A stretch of DNA of 64,000 nucleotides from Octopus sinensis. Taxonomy: Eukaryota. The notes under the pieces are model-generated. The model ran no database searches. It was not told the DNA's origin and worked only from the letters and a program-made list of their open reading frames with translations. Within the stretch, counting starts at the first letter, position 1; every line of letters starts with the position of its first letter. The stretch is from the NCBI RefSeq assembly GCF_006345805.1, contig NC_043001.1:58280001-58344000 (forward strand), in the 5' to 3' direction. Both the position numbers and the translations under genes were made by a program. This document shows positions 1 through 14,190 of this stretch, one piece after another.

Positions 1-650
1 GAAATTGAAAATGACAACCGCAGCTGCTACGGAATTCATAGCTAACACATTGTTAGGTGCATTAATTCGGATTTTAGGACTGATCGAACTCTCTTGTAAC
101 ACTCCTTCCTGATTTTCACTTTCATACTTGCTTGTTGAATCATTGAGCCTTCATTTAATTCCGAGGTACTTGCAAGTTTATTCCTGCTCGAGTTCCTCTA
201 TGATTGCGTCAAAATCCAACTTCACTGAATGTGAGTTCTTTAGCTTCCCTTTCTGTAAAGAGGCGTTGACACATTTATCAAGACCAATTCCATCGCAATA
301 TCATCACTGAATACTTTCACTGTACGTAGTAATCCTTCAAGCTCATTATTTTCTTTGCCATAGAGTTTTAAGCCATCCATGTAAAATAGATGACTTATGT
401 TTTTTTGTCGCCATTTGATTTCCATACCCTGCTCTGTTAAGTTCATTTGAAAGGGTCTGTGCAGAAAATTAAAGATGAAAGTGAGTTACTTTGGAAAATG
501 CCGCATTTGATATTAATATTTGTTGTGGTCAGTACTCCATTAGAGTGGTACAACTGTTGATTCGTATCCCATATTGACATGTTGTGCTTCAAGAAGTTTG
601 AATTCGCAGGAGAAATTTTCAAGATATCCACCGATCCATGAATGCGGTAC
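1..650 (-). mobile_element. Degenerate R4/Dong-clade RT fragment (same lineage as 16036-20204)
   Basis: ORF 240-446 reads HLFYMDGLKLYGKENNELEGLLRTVKVFSDDI, matching the 17261-17740 protein; ORF 443-748 has NFLKHNMSIW...INIKCGIFQ. 5' side ends at a (CAT)n/(AGT)n tract. Confidence 0.85.
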
Positions 651-654
651 GGAT

Positions 655-667
655 TATCATCATCATC

Positions 668-714
<47 letters not shown>

Positions 715-727
715 TAGTAGTAGTATC
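655..727. repeat. (CAT)n/(AGT)n microsatellite
   Basis: Direct reading. Confidence 0.95.
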
Positions 728-1689
728 AGCAACGCCTATTATGACCACTCACGTTATACTTCCAGCCAAAATTCATGTAGAACATTTAATAATAGAAAAA
801 GATCACCGAACACTCTTTGTTTGAAATTATACTAAAATTAGATATATTCTTACTGGATACACAATATTTAATCTAGACATAAGTCGAAAAATAAATCTTA
901 CTAACAAACCATTAAACCCGAAAATAACCAAAAAAAAAACTTAAAGAATCAAAGAAATATCAAAAATATGGGCACAAATTAAAATGCCCTAATACCAAAG
1001 CCTACCTAATAAGGAATGTGTGGTCGGACACTTCATGGGTGAGAAATGAATGTTTATTGCACGGCTTGCAATCCGAGAACGGATGGAAAGGATACTTATA
1101 AATTTCAAAAGCGGACAGTGTAATGTGGTCCAACATGACACAGAATGCTCACTTATCAACGTCATTTAACAAAATATCAATAGATTCCTCGAGTAACAGA
1201 AATCCCTGATAGTAGCATAATAAACATACAAAACTAAAACACACACTAAATGTAGCCAACATCAGAAAAATACAATCTAAAACACTATACGCTAAACCCA
1301 CACATAACTGAAATGAATCCCGTTAAACCGGTAAATCATAAAACCACACTAGAAAAAACAACAGGAAAAGAAAACAATCAAATATCCGTGCTCAACATTA
1401 GGAGGTAATATTGCTTGGGAAATACTATATAGAGAAATTCGTTTCACCAATAACCAAACCAATGAAACATCACTTTCTGTATTTACTACCAAAATATGCC
1501 TACAAAATATGTTCCCTTGACATATATGCCTTTTTGAGACCTTTCTTGAATCAGATATCTAAAACCAAAGGGGAAATGTAAAAAAATTAACAGTCATCAT
1601 AATCAGATAAAGTGGCGTACGCATTCCTAAGCATGAGGTCTGATATAGGTGGACGCAATGCAGCGATTGTACATTAAAGGCATACAAAT

Positions 1690-2061
1690 GCACAGGAGTC
1701 TTTAAGCATCTGTCAAGTCACAGCAAGGACCTCAGACTAATAACACTCCCTTTAAGGTGTGCGCTGTGTCCAACACGGCTGCTTTTTGGAAGACATCAAT
1801 CTTGTTTGGGATTTCCAGTTGCATTGAGAAGTCTTGAAGTTTCAATGGAATTGAGCCTAACGCTCCGATCACTACTGTATCACATTTACATTGCCCTCTC
1901 GCATTCCATACAGTCTTCTCGGTACCAAGTCAGTAAAGTATAAAATCTATAAAACACCTGACACCCACAAACGCAGAATCTGTTCAAAGGAACACCGCCG
2001 GCCGGATAGTGTCATATTGAAAAAAAGAGACTAATACTGTCACAACATCGATGTAGCCATA
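1690..2061 (-). mobile_element. R4-clade 3' terminal fragment (RLE C-terminus and 3'UTR) with an inverted upstream piece
   Basis: Minus strand about 1945-1740 translates to VVIGALGSIPLKLQDFSMQLEIPNKIDVFQKAAVLDTAHTLKGVL; plus strand 1993-2061 translates to HRRPDSVILKKRD*YCHNIDVAI (the RPD...ID endonuclease motif). Confidence 0.7.
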
Positions 2062-2146
2062 TTAATGACATGAATGTTCAGAGTAAAGAGGTTGAAAAAT
2101 AATTACCAAGTACTCCGAATTGTAAGTGGAAATGGCAAGAGGTTAT

Positions 2147-2202
2147 TATTATTATTATTATTATGATTATTATTATTATCATTATCATTATTATTATTAT
2201 TA

Positions 2203-2288
<86 letters not shown>
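2147..2288. repeat. (ATT)n microsatellite (TAA tail of the adjacent 555 bp element)
   Basis: Direct reading. Confidence 0.95.
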
Positions 2289-2290
<2 letters not shown>

Positions 2291-2846
2291 AGTGAGAGAG
2301 CAGTACATGCCATCAAAGTGACACTGGAGTAAAACATACGAACCCCAGTATACCCATCATGACTACCCGTCTGATAAGGGTACACCAAGCACATGCAACA
2401 CAACCATGTGTGCTCGACATGGTGATCTCATATCAAGATAAACAGCACATGACCTTGCAGGTGGGGCCCAGTTACAATGTTCTTCTGTTTGAGTAACCCA
2501 TCCCGCTCAAAAGGTCCCTAAATAAGGGTTGTTTAAGGATGTTGAACGAAACAACAATGCCTCCAGAGGTGAATTATTCAAAACCCGAAGCATCCCTCTT
2601 AACACATGGCTCTGATGCTCCCCCACTACTTCTGCTTGTGATCAGAGATGCACATATCGTCAGCCACTAAGGGACATGCTCAACTGGATAAGGTCAAACA
2701 ACTGACAAGCAAATCTGTGGTATTGAGCAGAATATTTGCTGTAGCCCATCTTTTATACCAAGACAAATCGATGTACATAAAACCACTTCCAATCAGTTAA
2801 GATCAGAAGCCATGAAGGCCACTGCCTGGTACTGCATCAGGGCATT
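2289..2846 (-). mobile_element. Non-coding ~555 bp interspersed element flanked by TAA-type microsatellites, copy 1
   Basis: Homologous copies at 44822-45300 and 45314-45622; minus-strand 3' end ...CTCTCTCACTC then AATAAT; no ORF, no tRNA box recognised. Confidence 0.8.
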
Positions 2847-2854
2847 TATAATTA

Positions 2855-3075
<221 letters not shown>

Positions 3076-3409
3076 TTGTTATTCTTCAAAGCAGTAAGCT
3101 GGCAAAATTATCTGCATATTAAACAAAATATTAACACTTCAACCGCCTTTACGATTTCAGTTTAATTCTGCCATAGTCAACTTTGACTTTTGTAATTTCC
3201 GGGTCGATAAATTATTAGATTGAGTCAAAAGAAGTTTTGTCTTTTCACTAATATTCTCTGACAGCTTGTATCTTTATGCTGTATCTTTTAGTTTGTTACA
3301 AGATATTGTCCAATGGTTGTTGAATTACTTATTCTTTATTTTCATATATCAACATTGTTTATTCTTTATCTTAAGCTTTTGATAATGTGTGGAAACTGCC
3401 CAATTAAAG

Positions 3410-3880
3410 TCATTTTAAGGTACCTGCGTGATAAAGGACTCAGTGCAAATGCAGCGGCAAAAGAGACTAATGACGAGGAACACACAGCTGTCAACGACTG
3501 TGTGCTACAAACCTACAAATCTGGTTAAGACATTTCAAAGAAGATGACACTAGCCTCCTCGAAGATAAATCAAGTCAGGGATGCCTTCTATTGTGAAAGA
3601 TGAGGTCTTTGTTGAAAATTTGACCAATAGCCAATTACATTCACTGAAACATTGTTGGCAGGATACGGTCATACACAAGGGTCTGTCAATCGACACCTCT
3701 GTAAGATCGCCCTCCTGAAGAGATGCTGTTGAGAAGCTCCTGACAAACTGACCAGACCCAATGACATACAGACATTTGCAAATTATTGTTGGCATATCAG
3801 CGAGATACTCATTTTTTGTATCAGATTGTGACTGAGGATAAAACTAGATCTATTCTCATAATTGTAATAACAGGAATTAG
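3410..3880 (+). mobile_element. Mariner transposase remnant (N-terminal HTH to first catalytic D region)
   Basis: Frame-broken translation YLRDKGLSANAAAKETN...WLRHFKEDDTSLLEDKSSQGCLLL resembles mariner G.SA..AA.EIN...WF..FK.GDTSLED.PRSGRP; FLYQIVTEDK resembles IVTGDEK. Confidence 0.6.
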
Positions 3881-4477
3881 TAACATCGCTCCTGACAAGC
3901 TTCAGAATCTGTTGTCAAACAAGAGCGGTTTGTTGGGTATTTAATAGCAATTCGAGTACGTGTTGCACTTCGGGACTGTCCCAGTTATTTATACTCAAAA
4001 ACTACAGCCAGTATGTAATGCTATGGAAGCCCACTATTCGGAATTAATCCATCTAAAATGTGCACTCCTATAGCAGGAGAATTCCCCAACCTATTCTTGA
4101 GGCCTGGAAATAGTGCCTCACATGGCCTTACAGTCCGGAATTTGCATCGTTAGACAAATTTTCCAATCCGTAGTTCCTTTCTTGTACGGAATTAGGTTCA
4201 ACATTGTGGATTAGTTTGAAATTGCATGCACGGATAGTTTGCTTCCAAACCAATCAAATGTTATAAGTGTATAATTGAGCTTCTGGCACGACAATGACAA
4301 CAGGCAATCGCTCTGGGGTTGGTATACCTAATGCACTGCATTTAAAGCCAATTTATTTAATGTGTCCAAATTTTTCAGAATTCTACAGAGATGTCGGAAA
4401 TAATTTGGATAATTATACAACAGAAAATAAAGACAATGAAATTAGTTGTTTTGTCAATATACATAGACAGATAAATT

Positions 4478-4648
4478 AAGCTGGTAAGCTGGCAAAGTCG
4501 ATAGTGTAACGTGGAAAATGTTTAGCGGCATTACATCCGTTTTTCATTCTGTGTTCAATATATGTGGAGGTCGACTTTACCTTTTATCCTTCCGAAGTCG
4601 ACGAAATAAGTACCAGTATTCTACTGGAATCGATATAATGGACGTATT
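4478..4648 (+). mobile_element. Degenerate tRNA-derived SINE, family 1
   Basis: Shares GCTGGCA...GGTCGACTTT...AATAAGTACCAG with copies at 30375 and 31615. Confidence 0.6.
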
Positions 4649-4844
4649 CTGTCTCACGAAACTGCTGGCTTGTGCCAAAATTTGAAGCCAATATAGTATA
4701 TACATGCATCCATCTGTACACACACACACACACACACACAGACGCGCACATATATATAGTTGAAATTCACAGAAAAACAAGAAATGAAGACAGATGTATG
4801 AACAAGAAACAGGTGTATTAGTTTCACGCTCGAGAAAGAGAATG

Positions 4845-4882
4845 TCTATTACGTTTCGAGCCTATGCTCTTCAAGTGAAAAG
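4845..4882 (-). ncRNA. Degenerate hammerhead-like motif in a Penelope-type terminal repeat remnant
   Basis: Minus strand CUUUU CACUUGA A GAGC AUAG GCUC GAAAC GU A AUAGA: stem II and GAAAC-GUA intact, CUGANGA core mutated. Confidence 0.35.
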
Positions 4883-5715
4883 AATATGAGGAAATCGTGT
4901 GGATGTGTGGATGTGTGTAAATGTACGTTTGCCTGTGTGTGTGTGTGTTTTTTTTTTGGTGTGTGTGTTTGTGTGTGTGAGCGTATGTGTGTATGTGTGT
5001 GTGTGTGTGTGTGTGTTGTATAAGTTTTACCTTTCGTACATGATAGTACTGATACTATAGATGTTTGGGTCTACTGTACATAACACATCATTGTGAATGT
5101 CCCTCTACACATCACCTAAACAATTTATCAGCACAATTATATATCATCCAATATATAGTCTTAAAATACCACGTGGCCGCACTACTAATGTCTAATCTCC
5201 GATCTGGGGAGCAAACAAAGCCGAAATATGTCACACTCATAAAACAATTTGTATATGTATTTAGGCTCCATTCGAATTTTCCTAAAGAAATTTGTTATGA
5301 ATTCATACCGTATATGTTATTTACTTGAGTAGCGTTTTATTTCTTTCTCAACTGATAACACTCGGTACAGATTACAAGGGAAATTCTTTGTAGATTGTGA
5401 TTTCCCACTTTCGATACTTTGTTTCTTACATTCAAACACGAATTAATGTCAGTACATTTCCTAAAACATTTCTGTGTCTGATTGAATTGCCTCAGTTATA
5501 TATTACATCTTATTTCTTGTAATAGTTAAATTATTGCCTGTAGACCTAAATTTTAACATCAACATGTATGCATAGCGTAGTTTATCACGCTGACCTACAA
5601 ACAATGCCAACATCAAACAAACAATGGTAACTGTAAAATATGCCTTCTGTGATTGTGTCACATATGTACCAATTTTTATGACCTTCCTTAAGGCGGTGAG
5701 CTCGCAGAATCGTTT

Positions 5716-5870
5716 CAACTACGATCAAAATGCTTAGCAACATTTAGTCCGTCTGTACGTTCTGCGTTGACATTCCACCAATGACGACTTGGCGTTTCAT
5801 CCGCGAGGCCGATAAAATAAGTTTCATATTAGCACTGGGGTCGACGTAATAGACCTTACCCCTTCACTAA
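5716..5870 (+). mobile_element. Degenerate SINE family 1 fragment
   Basis: AAAATGCTTAGC...GCACTGGGGTCGAC..AAT motifs shared with other copies. Confidence 0.55.
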
Positions 5871-8207
5871 AAATCCATGGCGTTGTGTCACAATTTGAAA
5901 CCAATATTTATGGCCTCTTTGATTATTATAAACTTTCTTTTTTATATATCGGGAATTATCTGCTCAATCTGCATTTTACGGGTGTTAAATCGTTTCGCTT
6001 TCTACGTCTGCACGTCTTTATAAATGTACAAGACAAAGGTAAGAAAACTCGAGTTTAGCCTAAAAGACGTCGGGGACATTTCTCTCAGAACTCGAAGAGC
6101 AGGAAAAGTTCCACACGCTTGAATGAGACATTTATATCACCACCTCTCATGACAGATAAGAAAATGCATATATGTCATATATACGTGTGCGTGCATATGT
6201 TTGTATATGTTTGTATATTTGAAGTGTGAGTGTATGGTTGTTTGCAAATATATCTATAATTTTCTAGTCAATAATTATCATCAGTAAACTTTTCTAGTCA
6301 ATTTTTGAAATATACATGTACTTACGTTTTCTTACATACATACATATATACATACCTATATTTTCAATCATTATCTCTGTTTCTCTCACTCGCTTACACC
6401 ATCATAATACCTAGTCTCCTGCGACTATACTAATGAATCTATACTGACAGGTCACTGCCTTCCGTTCTTTTCCATTATCCCCGTCACTGCAATTTTATCT
6501 CTTCATTCACTAGGGGCTCGCCATTTCTGCCACTATCATCTTGGGCTTTGTTGTTGCTGTCGTTGATAATGCATTTCTTACAATTACCGGTGTTGCTTTT
6601 GCCGCTTTTCTTTCATTTGTTGCCGATTTACAGTCAATTACAGAACCCAGCAGCATTTTAGGTATCGTGCATGGCGCCACAAAGATGCTGCTTTGTCTTT
6701 CGTATGTTGGCTGATAGAAATAAAATCAAAATAAATGGTGTACGAGATTCGGCAAACCAATGTAATTGTGTATCTACTATAGTTCATTTAATTTGTCTAT
6801 TTCATCTTCCTTTATTCTCTCCCAAATTGTATTCTACTAAACTCTTTTCCAGCAACTCACTCACATGCTCCCCACTCTTAAACTTCCTCCTCCATTCTGT
6901 TTTAACACTTGTTTTACTATTTTTCTTGATCATTTTGATTTAATAACTTCAATTATTTACAGTCGTTCAATGTAAGGAAAGCGAATCCTTTTTAATTCAC
7001 CAATTATAAAGACATATCCATACTCAAATTTATCATATATATATATATATATATGACTTCTCTAAATACCATGCAAACTTTGTTTCAAATTCGTCCATTC
7101 CTCTTCACTTTTTTTATTGAATCTGTGCCATTCATCATTTCTATTTTAGTTTACAAGAAGCAGATTCACATATCCCATCACAGTTAGCAATAAAACGTTT
7201 CCTTACTTGGTTTATGTTACACTTGGGTTAAATAAACTTTAAGATGACAACATACTTATAAATATCCATTCAATAGTATTCACAAATTCTTAACGATCAC
7301 ACACCGTTGGCTTATCTTGTTTCTTCTTTAAATCTATATGTATATGTACACACACAAACAATCTCACACACACATACACACTTACACACGCATACACATA
7401 CAAACACACACACAAACTCATACGTACATGCTCACATGTATTCATGTATATATATTTGCATTTATGTGCGTCTACTTTTCCGTCGATTTTACTATCACGA
7501 AACAGTACACGATATAAAGCTATCTAAAAGCAAATATGCGCGCGCAACTACGCTCAGATGATAGTGTTATATTTTTTATTTGATTTTATTTTGTACGAAC
7601 TGAAATATCCTCTGTAAACTTAGTATTAGTTGATTCGATTTACTATCTTATATCTAAATATAATCTCCTTAACTAATTGTTCTATTTTACATAAGTGCTC
7701 ACTTTTGTGCAAAATTACAACATGCATTCCGTATCTTGATCTTTCATAATTTATTTTTGCAATAGTTATTACACCCCTACTTAATTGAAGAGGATTGAAT
7801 AGACTTGGAGAGAGCTTATGTTTTGTAATTCAACGAGTCGACGTTTACGGGGGACTTATCTAGAATGGACCAAATCTCCCCGATCTTAGATAAAATGTAA
7901 GTGCAAATATAAAAAATTCTAGATGCTCATTGCAGCAATCTTCTGTAGGCTTGAGAAAAGCTAAATCTTGGTTTCACAACAACAAATGCAACGTAAATAA
8001 TAAGGTTCATATTTCAGTTGTTATGGTTTAATCAATTGTACTTTAATTTCGGTTACATGTAAAAAGAATACTTGATAGATTTTAATTGTACAGTGAAAAA
8101 TGAGAGAACGTTTATCTAGTAGTTTTATTTGGGGCAGTAACAAAGGCAGATGTAACAACTTTATTTTTTTTCTTGCTATTGTTTTTAGCATCATATTATA
8201 CTTTAGT

Positions 8208-8350
8208 GAGCAGGAGTGGCTATGTGGTAAGTAGCTTGCTTACGAACCACATGGCAACTTGGGCAAGTGTCTTCTACTGTAGCCTCGGGCCGACCAAAGC
8301 CTTGTGAATGGATTTGGTAGACGGAAACTGAAAGAAGCCCGTCGTATATA

Positions 8351-8428
<78 letters not shown>

Positions 8429-8607
8429 GTGTGTATGTGTTTGTGTGTCCGTGTTTGTCCCCCCAACATCGCTTGACAACCGATGCTGGTATGTTTCCGT
8501 CCCCGTAAATTAGCGTTTCGGCAAAAGTGACTTATAGAATTAGTACTGGGCTTACAAAGAAAAAGTCCTTGGGTCAATTTGCTCGACTAAAGGTGGTGCT
8601 CCAGTAT
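8208..8607 (+). mobile_element. tRNA-derived SINE family 2 with internal (TA)n/(TG)n
   Basis: GCAGGAGTGGCTATGTGGTAAGTAGCTTGCT head, CTTGGGCAAGTGTCTT core; homologous to 50718-51188. Confidence 0.85.
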
Positions 8608-8805
8608 GCAAAGATGGATTTGTGGGAGAAATGATTGCAGGCATGTATGTGTACGACCCACCGGCTTTCAAAACATCAATGGCTGTTTATGAGCTACCGG
8701 ATTGAAAAACATTCAGTAACCATTTCTTCATTACAGTACATTTTGGTACAAATAAAATTATTAATTGTTACGTCTCATGGTTAGCATGTACAAAAACATT
8801 CACTG

Positions 8806-8847
<42 letters not shown>

Positions 8848-9659
8848 CGAGAGAAAGAAAGAAAGTGGAAGAGAGAGAGACAGACAGACAGACAAACAGA
8901 GACAGAGTGAGCATGGATTGATCGAGTAATACGGCTTAACTATGGAAATATTACCCTCCAGTACGTAACTAAGACATTTATAAACCTTCGAAGAGCGTAT
9001 AATATCCACTAACTGTGTACATTTTCTATAGCTGTCCGTAACAACATACCATCTTAAGTTCGTAGCTGGACTGCGGATTTACAAATCGGAGTGGTGACAG
9101 ATTTTCGTATCAGATTAAATATTTGTTAACATGATAATTTTTATCTACAGAAAACTTATGAAGAAATTCGCCTACGATACTAATTATTTATTGACACTTG
9201 TTTTGCTTTCAAACACACACACACACTCATACACACACTCATACACACACACATACACACACACTGACACACATGTATGTATGCATGTATGTATGTATTT
9301 ATCCATGTATACATTCATCTATGCATATGTACAACTCATCAGCTTTTCGTGACAGCAATATCATTTTACCCCGAAACAATTTTCATCGACTTAGCATCAA
9401 ATATTTGGCGGACTGTTTACGACGATGCGCAATACAGTGAAACACAGTGAAATGCGTAATACAGTGATGCAACATTATCATCAGCCAGTTCTGAAGAAAT
9501 ATCGATAACAGACGTTCCCTGTGCTTTTTAACATTTGTCCTCTACAGGAAATGATAACTATAGACGTCTTCTGCATTCCAAGGCGTTACCGCAACATATT
9601 CAGGTGAATTGAATATGCTAATTAACATTCTTTACAAATGCCTCTGTCGTTAATAGCTA

Positions 9660-9710
<51 letters not shown>

Positions 9711-9712
<2 letters not shown>

Positions 9713-10400
9713 CAACCTTGGCCAAAAGTATTTGGCCACCCCATTGTTTTTGGGGTTCTGCTATCTCAATGTTAATGAAACTCATGCACGTGGTAAATTG
9801 TGGCATATTTCAGAATATACAATAGTTGTGATATCTGGTTGACCCTCCTTAAGCATCAGTTACCGCTTTTATACTGTACTGTGAATATGTAACCAATTAT
9901 GAGAAAGATCAACGTCCAAAATTAAATTATGTTTCCTTGATTATTTCAGAGATTTATGATAAAATTCGTTGTAGATGGAGTTAATAAACAGTAAAATGCC
10001 TAAAACAAGGGAGTTGAGTGAGTATGAGCGAAATCAAATTGTATCTCATTATGAAGATGGAATGTCTCTAAATCAAACTGCTCAGAAGATGAAATGTTCA
10101 CGATGTGCAGTGCAAACGACTCTCAAGCGCTTCAAAACATGTGAAGACTACATAAGGAACAGGTAGAAAAAAGGTTACATCACCTCGTGATGACAGATCA
10201 ATCATCCATCAGCCGCTCAGAAGCAGGAGAAAAAACATCGTCGGAGCTCCGTGCGGGCTTCAACGAGGCAATTACTTCACAAATATCAACAAGAACTGTT
10301 AGAAGAAGGCTTGTAGAGTACTGTCTGAAAGGCTGTAAAGCCAGGAAGAAGCCATGGGGTTCTAAAGCAAATATGGAAAAACGTCCAAATTGGACCTGGG
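9711..10400 (+). mobile_element. Tc1-like DNA transposon, 5' part (left TIR and DNA-binding domain), truncated
   Basis: TA then CAACCTTGGCCAAAAGTATTTGGCCACCCC Tc1-type TIR; MPKTRELSEYERNQIV...GMSLNQTAQKMKCSRCAV and GRKKVTSPRDDR...ISTRTVRRRL...ARKKPW paired-like HTH; DDE domain and right TIR not found. Confidence 0.85.
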
Positions 10401-12217
10401 TTCGCAGCAAAAGGATCCGTCGAGACACACAGCAATTCAGTGAAATATTAGGAAGTCTTTCCATCAAATGAAAAAAAGCATAAACTTCATAAACACATAA
10501 CATTGGCTATATGTTCCCATAAGAGATATTGAATGCTCTCTTGATATCAAGTGCAACAATCTAGGTTCTGCTGAATATGTAGGAAACGTGTGGTCACTAG
10601 CAGTCTAAATAATAAAACGAATGAAATGGTGGGCCTAGTGGAATTTATGCTGATGAATATCTCATCATTCTGGAAAACGTTAAGCTATAGAAATTGTTTA
10701 GTGATAAGACGCATGCATTTGAACCAAAGAATATGTAAAAATCTGCCCAAATCACACAATAACTGATATACATATGTATATACATGAATTTGAACCAAAA
10801 CAACTTGCACAGGAGACTGTGCATGACATTTTCAGCTACTGTTATTGTTAACCGCTGAAATACTGGGGTTGTCAAACTGTCTTAAGCCCCCTAAATGGAG
10901 TTGTAAGATACGTCTAAATTGACTTACAATTTGCCGTCGACGTCTTAGGAAAACAAAAACGACACATCAGTGTTCTTAGACATATCTTAAAAGTCTGTAT
11001 GGCTAAGTAGAATGAAGCAGAGTTAAATGTTTTTGTATACATTTTTGCCATCGCTAATATTTAAATATCAAATAGTATTAGAATGAAAGGATTAATACAT
11101 TCTACATTCTGTGTCTCGAGATATACCCTGCACGCATCGTTACTGATATAGTCCCACTAAAGAACATGTGACCCAAATCCTTTTCATAAACGATTGATTA
11201 ACAAATTTCAGTGTCATCTATCAGCGTAACCAATTTAATTGGAATACTGCAGTAATGAGCTAAGCAACAGCGTCAAGACAATGGCAATGATTAGAGTGTA
11301 GATATTAGAAGTAAAGTTGTACTCATTCTTTAGTTGATTAAGTGAATAGAACTCGCCAACAATGTCTACATAAACAACGATTTACGATAATGTAGAGAAT
11401 TTCTGTAAATATATTCTTAACTGAAAATGATATTAAAGAGTGATAATAAAGAAAGAACTGAACGACCCGATTTAGAAACTGTAGAAAATAATGACTCTAG
11501 AGACAGGTAAATGAGATGGCAATGGCTAAAACTTTGGATAGTGCATCCTTTTGAGTTCTATCCATGAACCATTTCATTTACAGCAGAGTATCCGTTTCTG
11601 TGGTGCACTAGATTTACTGTAAATTCACACAATACAACTCTTTGGTAGTAGTCCGTCATGAATTAGCATTCTCAATCTTATATTTGATACTATCCGCTAT
11701 GGTTAAGGCTAAATTATTTCATGCTATACAATAATGACTACACACCGCCGCTTTCGATATACGTAGAAGATAATTCACGGTGAATTAATTTTCCGTGTTT
11801 GGGCGTAGGATTTCATTCTTAAAAATTTATATATGACAATCATTGCTGTCATGACAAACATAATTCTTCATGGTTATCGTCATTGTGGATTGACAGAATA
11901 AGTAGAGCATTTGATTTCTTTTCTGGAAGCACTCTGCCAGTTCATCTTCATAGATTAAATCATTTCAAATTCGAAATCGTCTTTTCATACAACGACATGT
12001 TTGATATATTCAAGAAGTAGGACCTACTTGTTAATTCATAAATGAGCTTGGTGGTGTGTATTGTTTAAATCCTTCTTTTCAACCAACAACAGTCGAGGAA
12101 ATAAAGTTCCAGTAAAATACTACAGTCGATGCAATCATCTGATATTCTCCCGATAATTGATCTCGTGCTTCATTAACAAATATTATCATTCTTGTCATCA
12201 AACACGTCGTCGCGGCT

Positions 12218-12305
12218 GTCGTCGTCATCATCATCATCATCCTCATCCTCATCCTCATCCTCATCATCATCATCATCATCATCATCACCATCATCATCAT
12301 CATCG
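12218..12305. repeat. (CAT)n/(CCTCAT)n microsatellite
   Basis: Direct reading. Confidence 0.9.
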
Positions 12306-13812
12306 CCTTCACCAGCATCGTAATCATATCTTCATGCACTTATATATTTTGATATATATTCAATATCCTAAAGTGGGATGTCATAATTTCTTTTACTCTA
12401 GAAGATACGATCATTTATATTCTCTTATATTTTTTATAACGATAATTAAGAAATACCTATGACAACTGATATTATCATATAATGTTGAAAAGATAAACCA
12501 CTTAAACGAACAAATAAAATTATATGATGATGTGAAAGACATTTAGAGTGTTGTAAATTTACGACATTGTCAAAATAAAGATTTTCTACGTGTGCAATAT
12601 AGGTTTCTGTTTCACTTGGCACAAAAGCCATATTAAATGTCCAAACATTTAAACTCACTTATATTTAAAGCTGTATAGTTTGGGGCTGTCATAAACTTCT
12701 AAATAGAGACAAAAAATATTAAGCAAAAACATTCAGTAATATCTACACAAATGTTTGATAGCGAGTGGATGTGTTGATCGTTGCACCAGACTGACTTACA
12801 CCTCTATTTATGTGTCAAAATTTAAGGTATTAAGGTTATGTCTTAAATAGCGACAACATAAATCAGCAGACCGACATGTTTTACCCGTAGCTATAAAATA
12901 GGCAAAAGGCAGGTGAATTCAGATATAGAAAGAAAGATTCACTTCTGACGACGGGTATAAACTATGATTTAGTTGTTGTAAATGTTGCTCATAATTTCAT
13001 CTCTGAAGATGAGTTCCTACTAATGATAACCGTAGGAGCGATTCTTCTCAGATATTTCAGCGTATATTCATCATTAAAGATGAAAAGCATATTCGATAGT
13101 TGAATTTGCACATATCTTAATACAGTTTATCTCCGATTGTAAATTGTTGACTTAGTGCAGGTTGTTGACATGATACCGAAGTAGATTAGATGTTGGAAAC
13201 TTTTATTTATTTATTTATTAAATTGGTAAATTAAGCCTAATTACATTTAGAAACAGAGCCTTTATGAGAATAATATACTGAACACGGAGAATTTCAAGTA
13301 ATCATAAATACGGAAAATACATCCGTTTATGTTTTTTTGTGTAGGCAAGTTTAGTGTTATTTATATATTAATACAATAGTACAATTCTACGTGTGTTATG
13401 CATTATTTCAAGGAGGGGCACACAAATAGAATAAAAATGAAACAATACGTACTCATAATAGCAGTAGTATTGGTGTCGGGATGATACTCCGTCCCATTTA
13501 TAATTTTATTCGATTTTAACTACCTGTAGCTCCTGCAACTAAACAGACAAACAAACAGTGCAATGCTTTGATCCTACAAGCATGGAACACACAGAAAATT
13601 ACATCAAAATATAAATGTGACAGAACTATGAGGTTGGGGATCAGCGATGGTATTTATGGTGAATTTTAAAATTGAGATGAATTTTAAAAACGTTAGTAAA
13701 TTACAAAAAGATACAATGAACCGAAGGAATTAAGCATGCCAATATCATTTCGTACACTGCAGCTGTAATATAAGTATACAAATACATACGTACATACATA
13801 ACTTTTTGTGAT

Positions 13813-13865
<53 letters not shown>

Positions 13866-13933
13866 TATATAACATAACATGTATATATAACATATGTATA
13901 TATACATATATACATATATAAAATTTAAAATTT

Positions 13934-13978
<45 letters not shown>

Positions 13979-14099
13979 TGTGTGTGTGTGTGTGTGTGTG
14001 TGTCTGTTTGATTTACACTAGAATTTTTGCTGTATCAAATAAAAACGAAACCACAACTAGCCCGACTACATACTACTACAGCTCCTCCTCTTCCTCGTC

Positions 14100-14102
14100 T
14101 TC

Positions 14103-14167
<65 letters not shown>

Positions 14168-14190
14168 GCTATTACTACTACTATAATAAT
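14100..14190. repeat. (TAC)n microsatellite
   Basis: Direct reading. Confidence 0.9.

Noticed and set aside
730-1450. A-rich segment suspected to be a decayed LINE or Penelope ORF (also 30980-31330)
   Set aside because: No diagnostic motif recovered; left unclassified.
6450-6720. Relatively GC-rich unique-looking segments (also 25700-26330 and 28550-28700) as candidate host exons
   Set aside because: No recognisable protein similarity or convincing splice structure by eye; needs BLASTX and RNA-seq.
12157-12462. His/Pro-rich ORF and other homopolymeric ORFs (2793-3165, 14027-14319, 15853-16108, 51891-52287)
   Set aside because: Translations of trinucleotide microsatellites.
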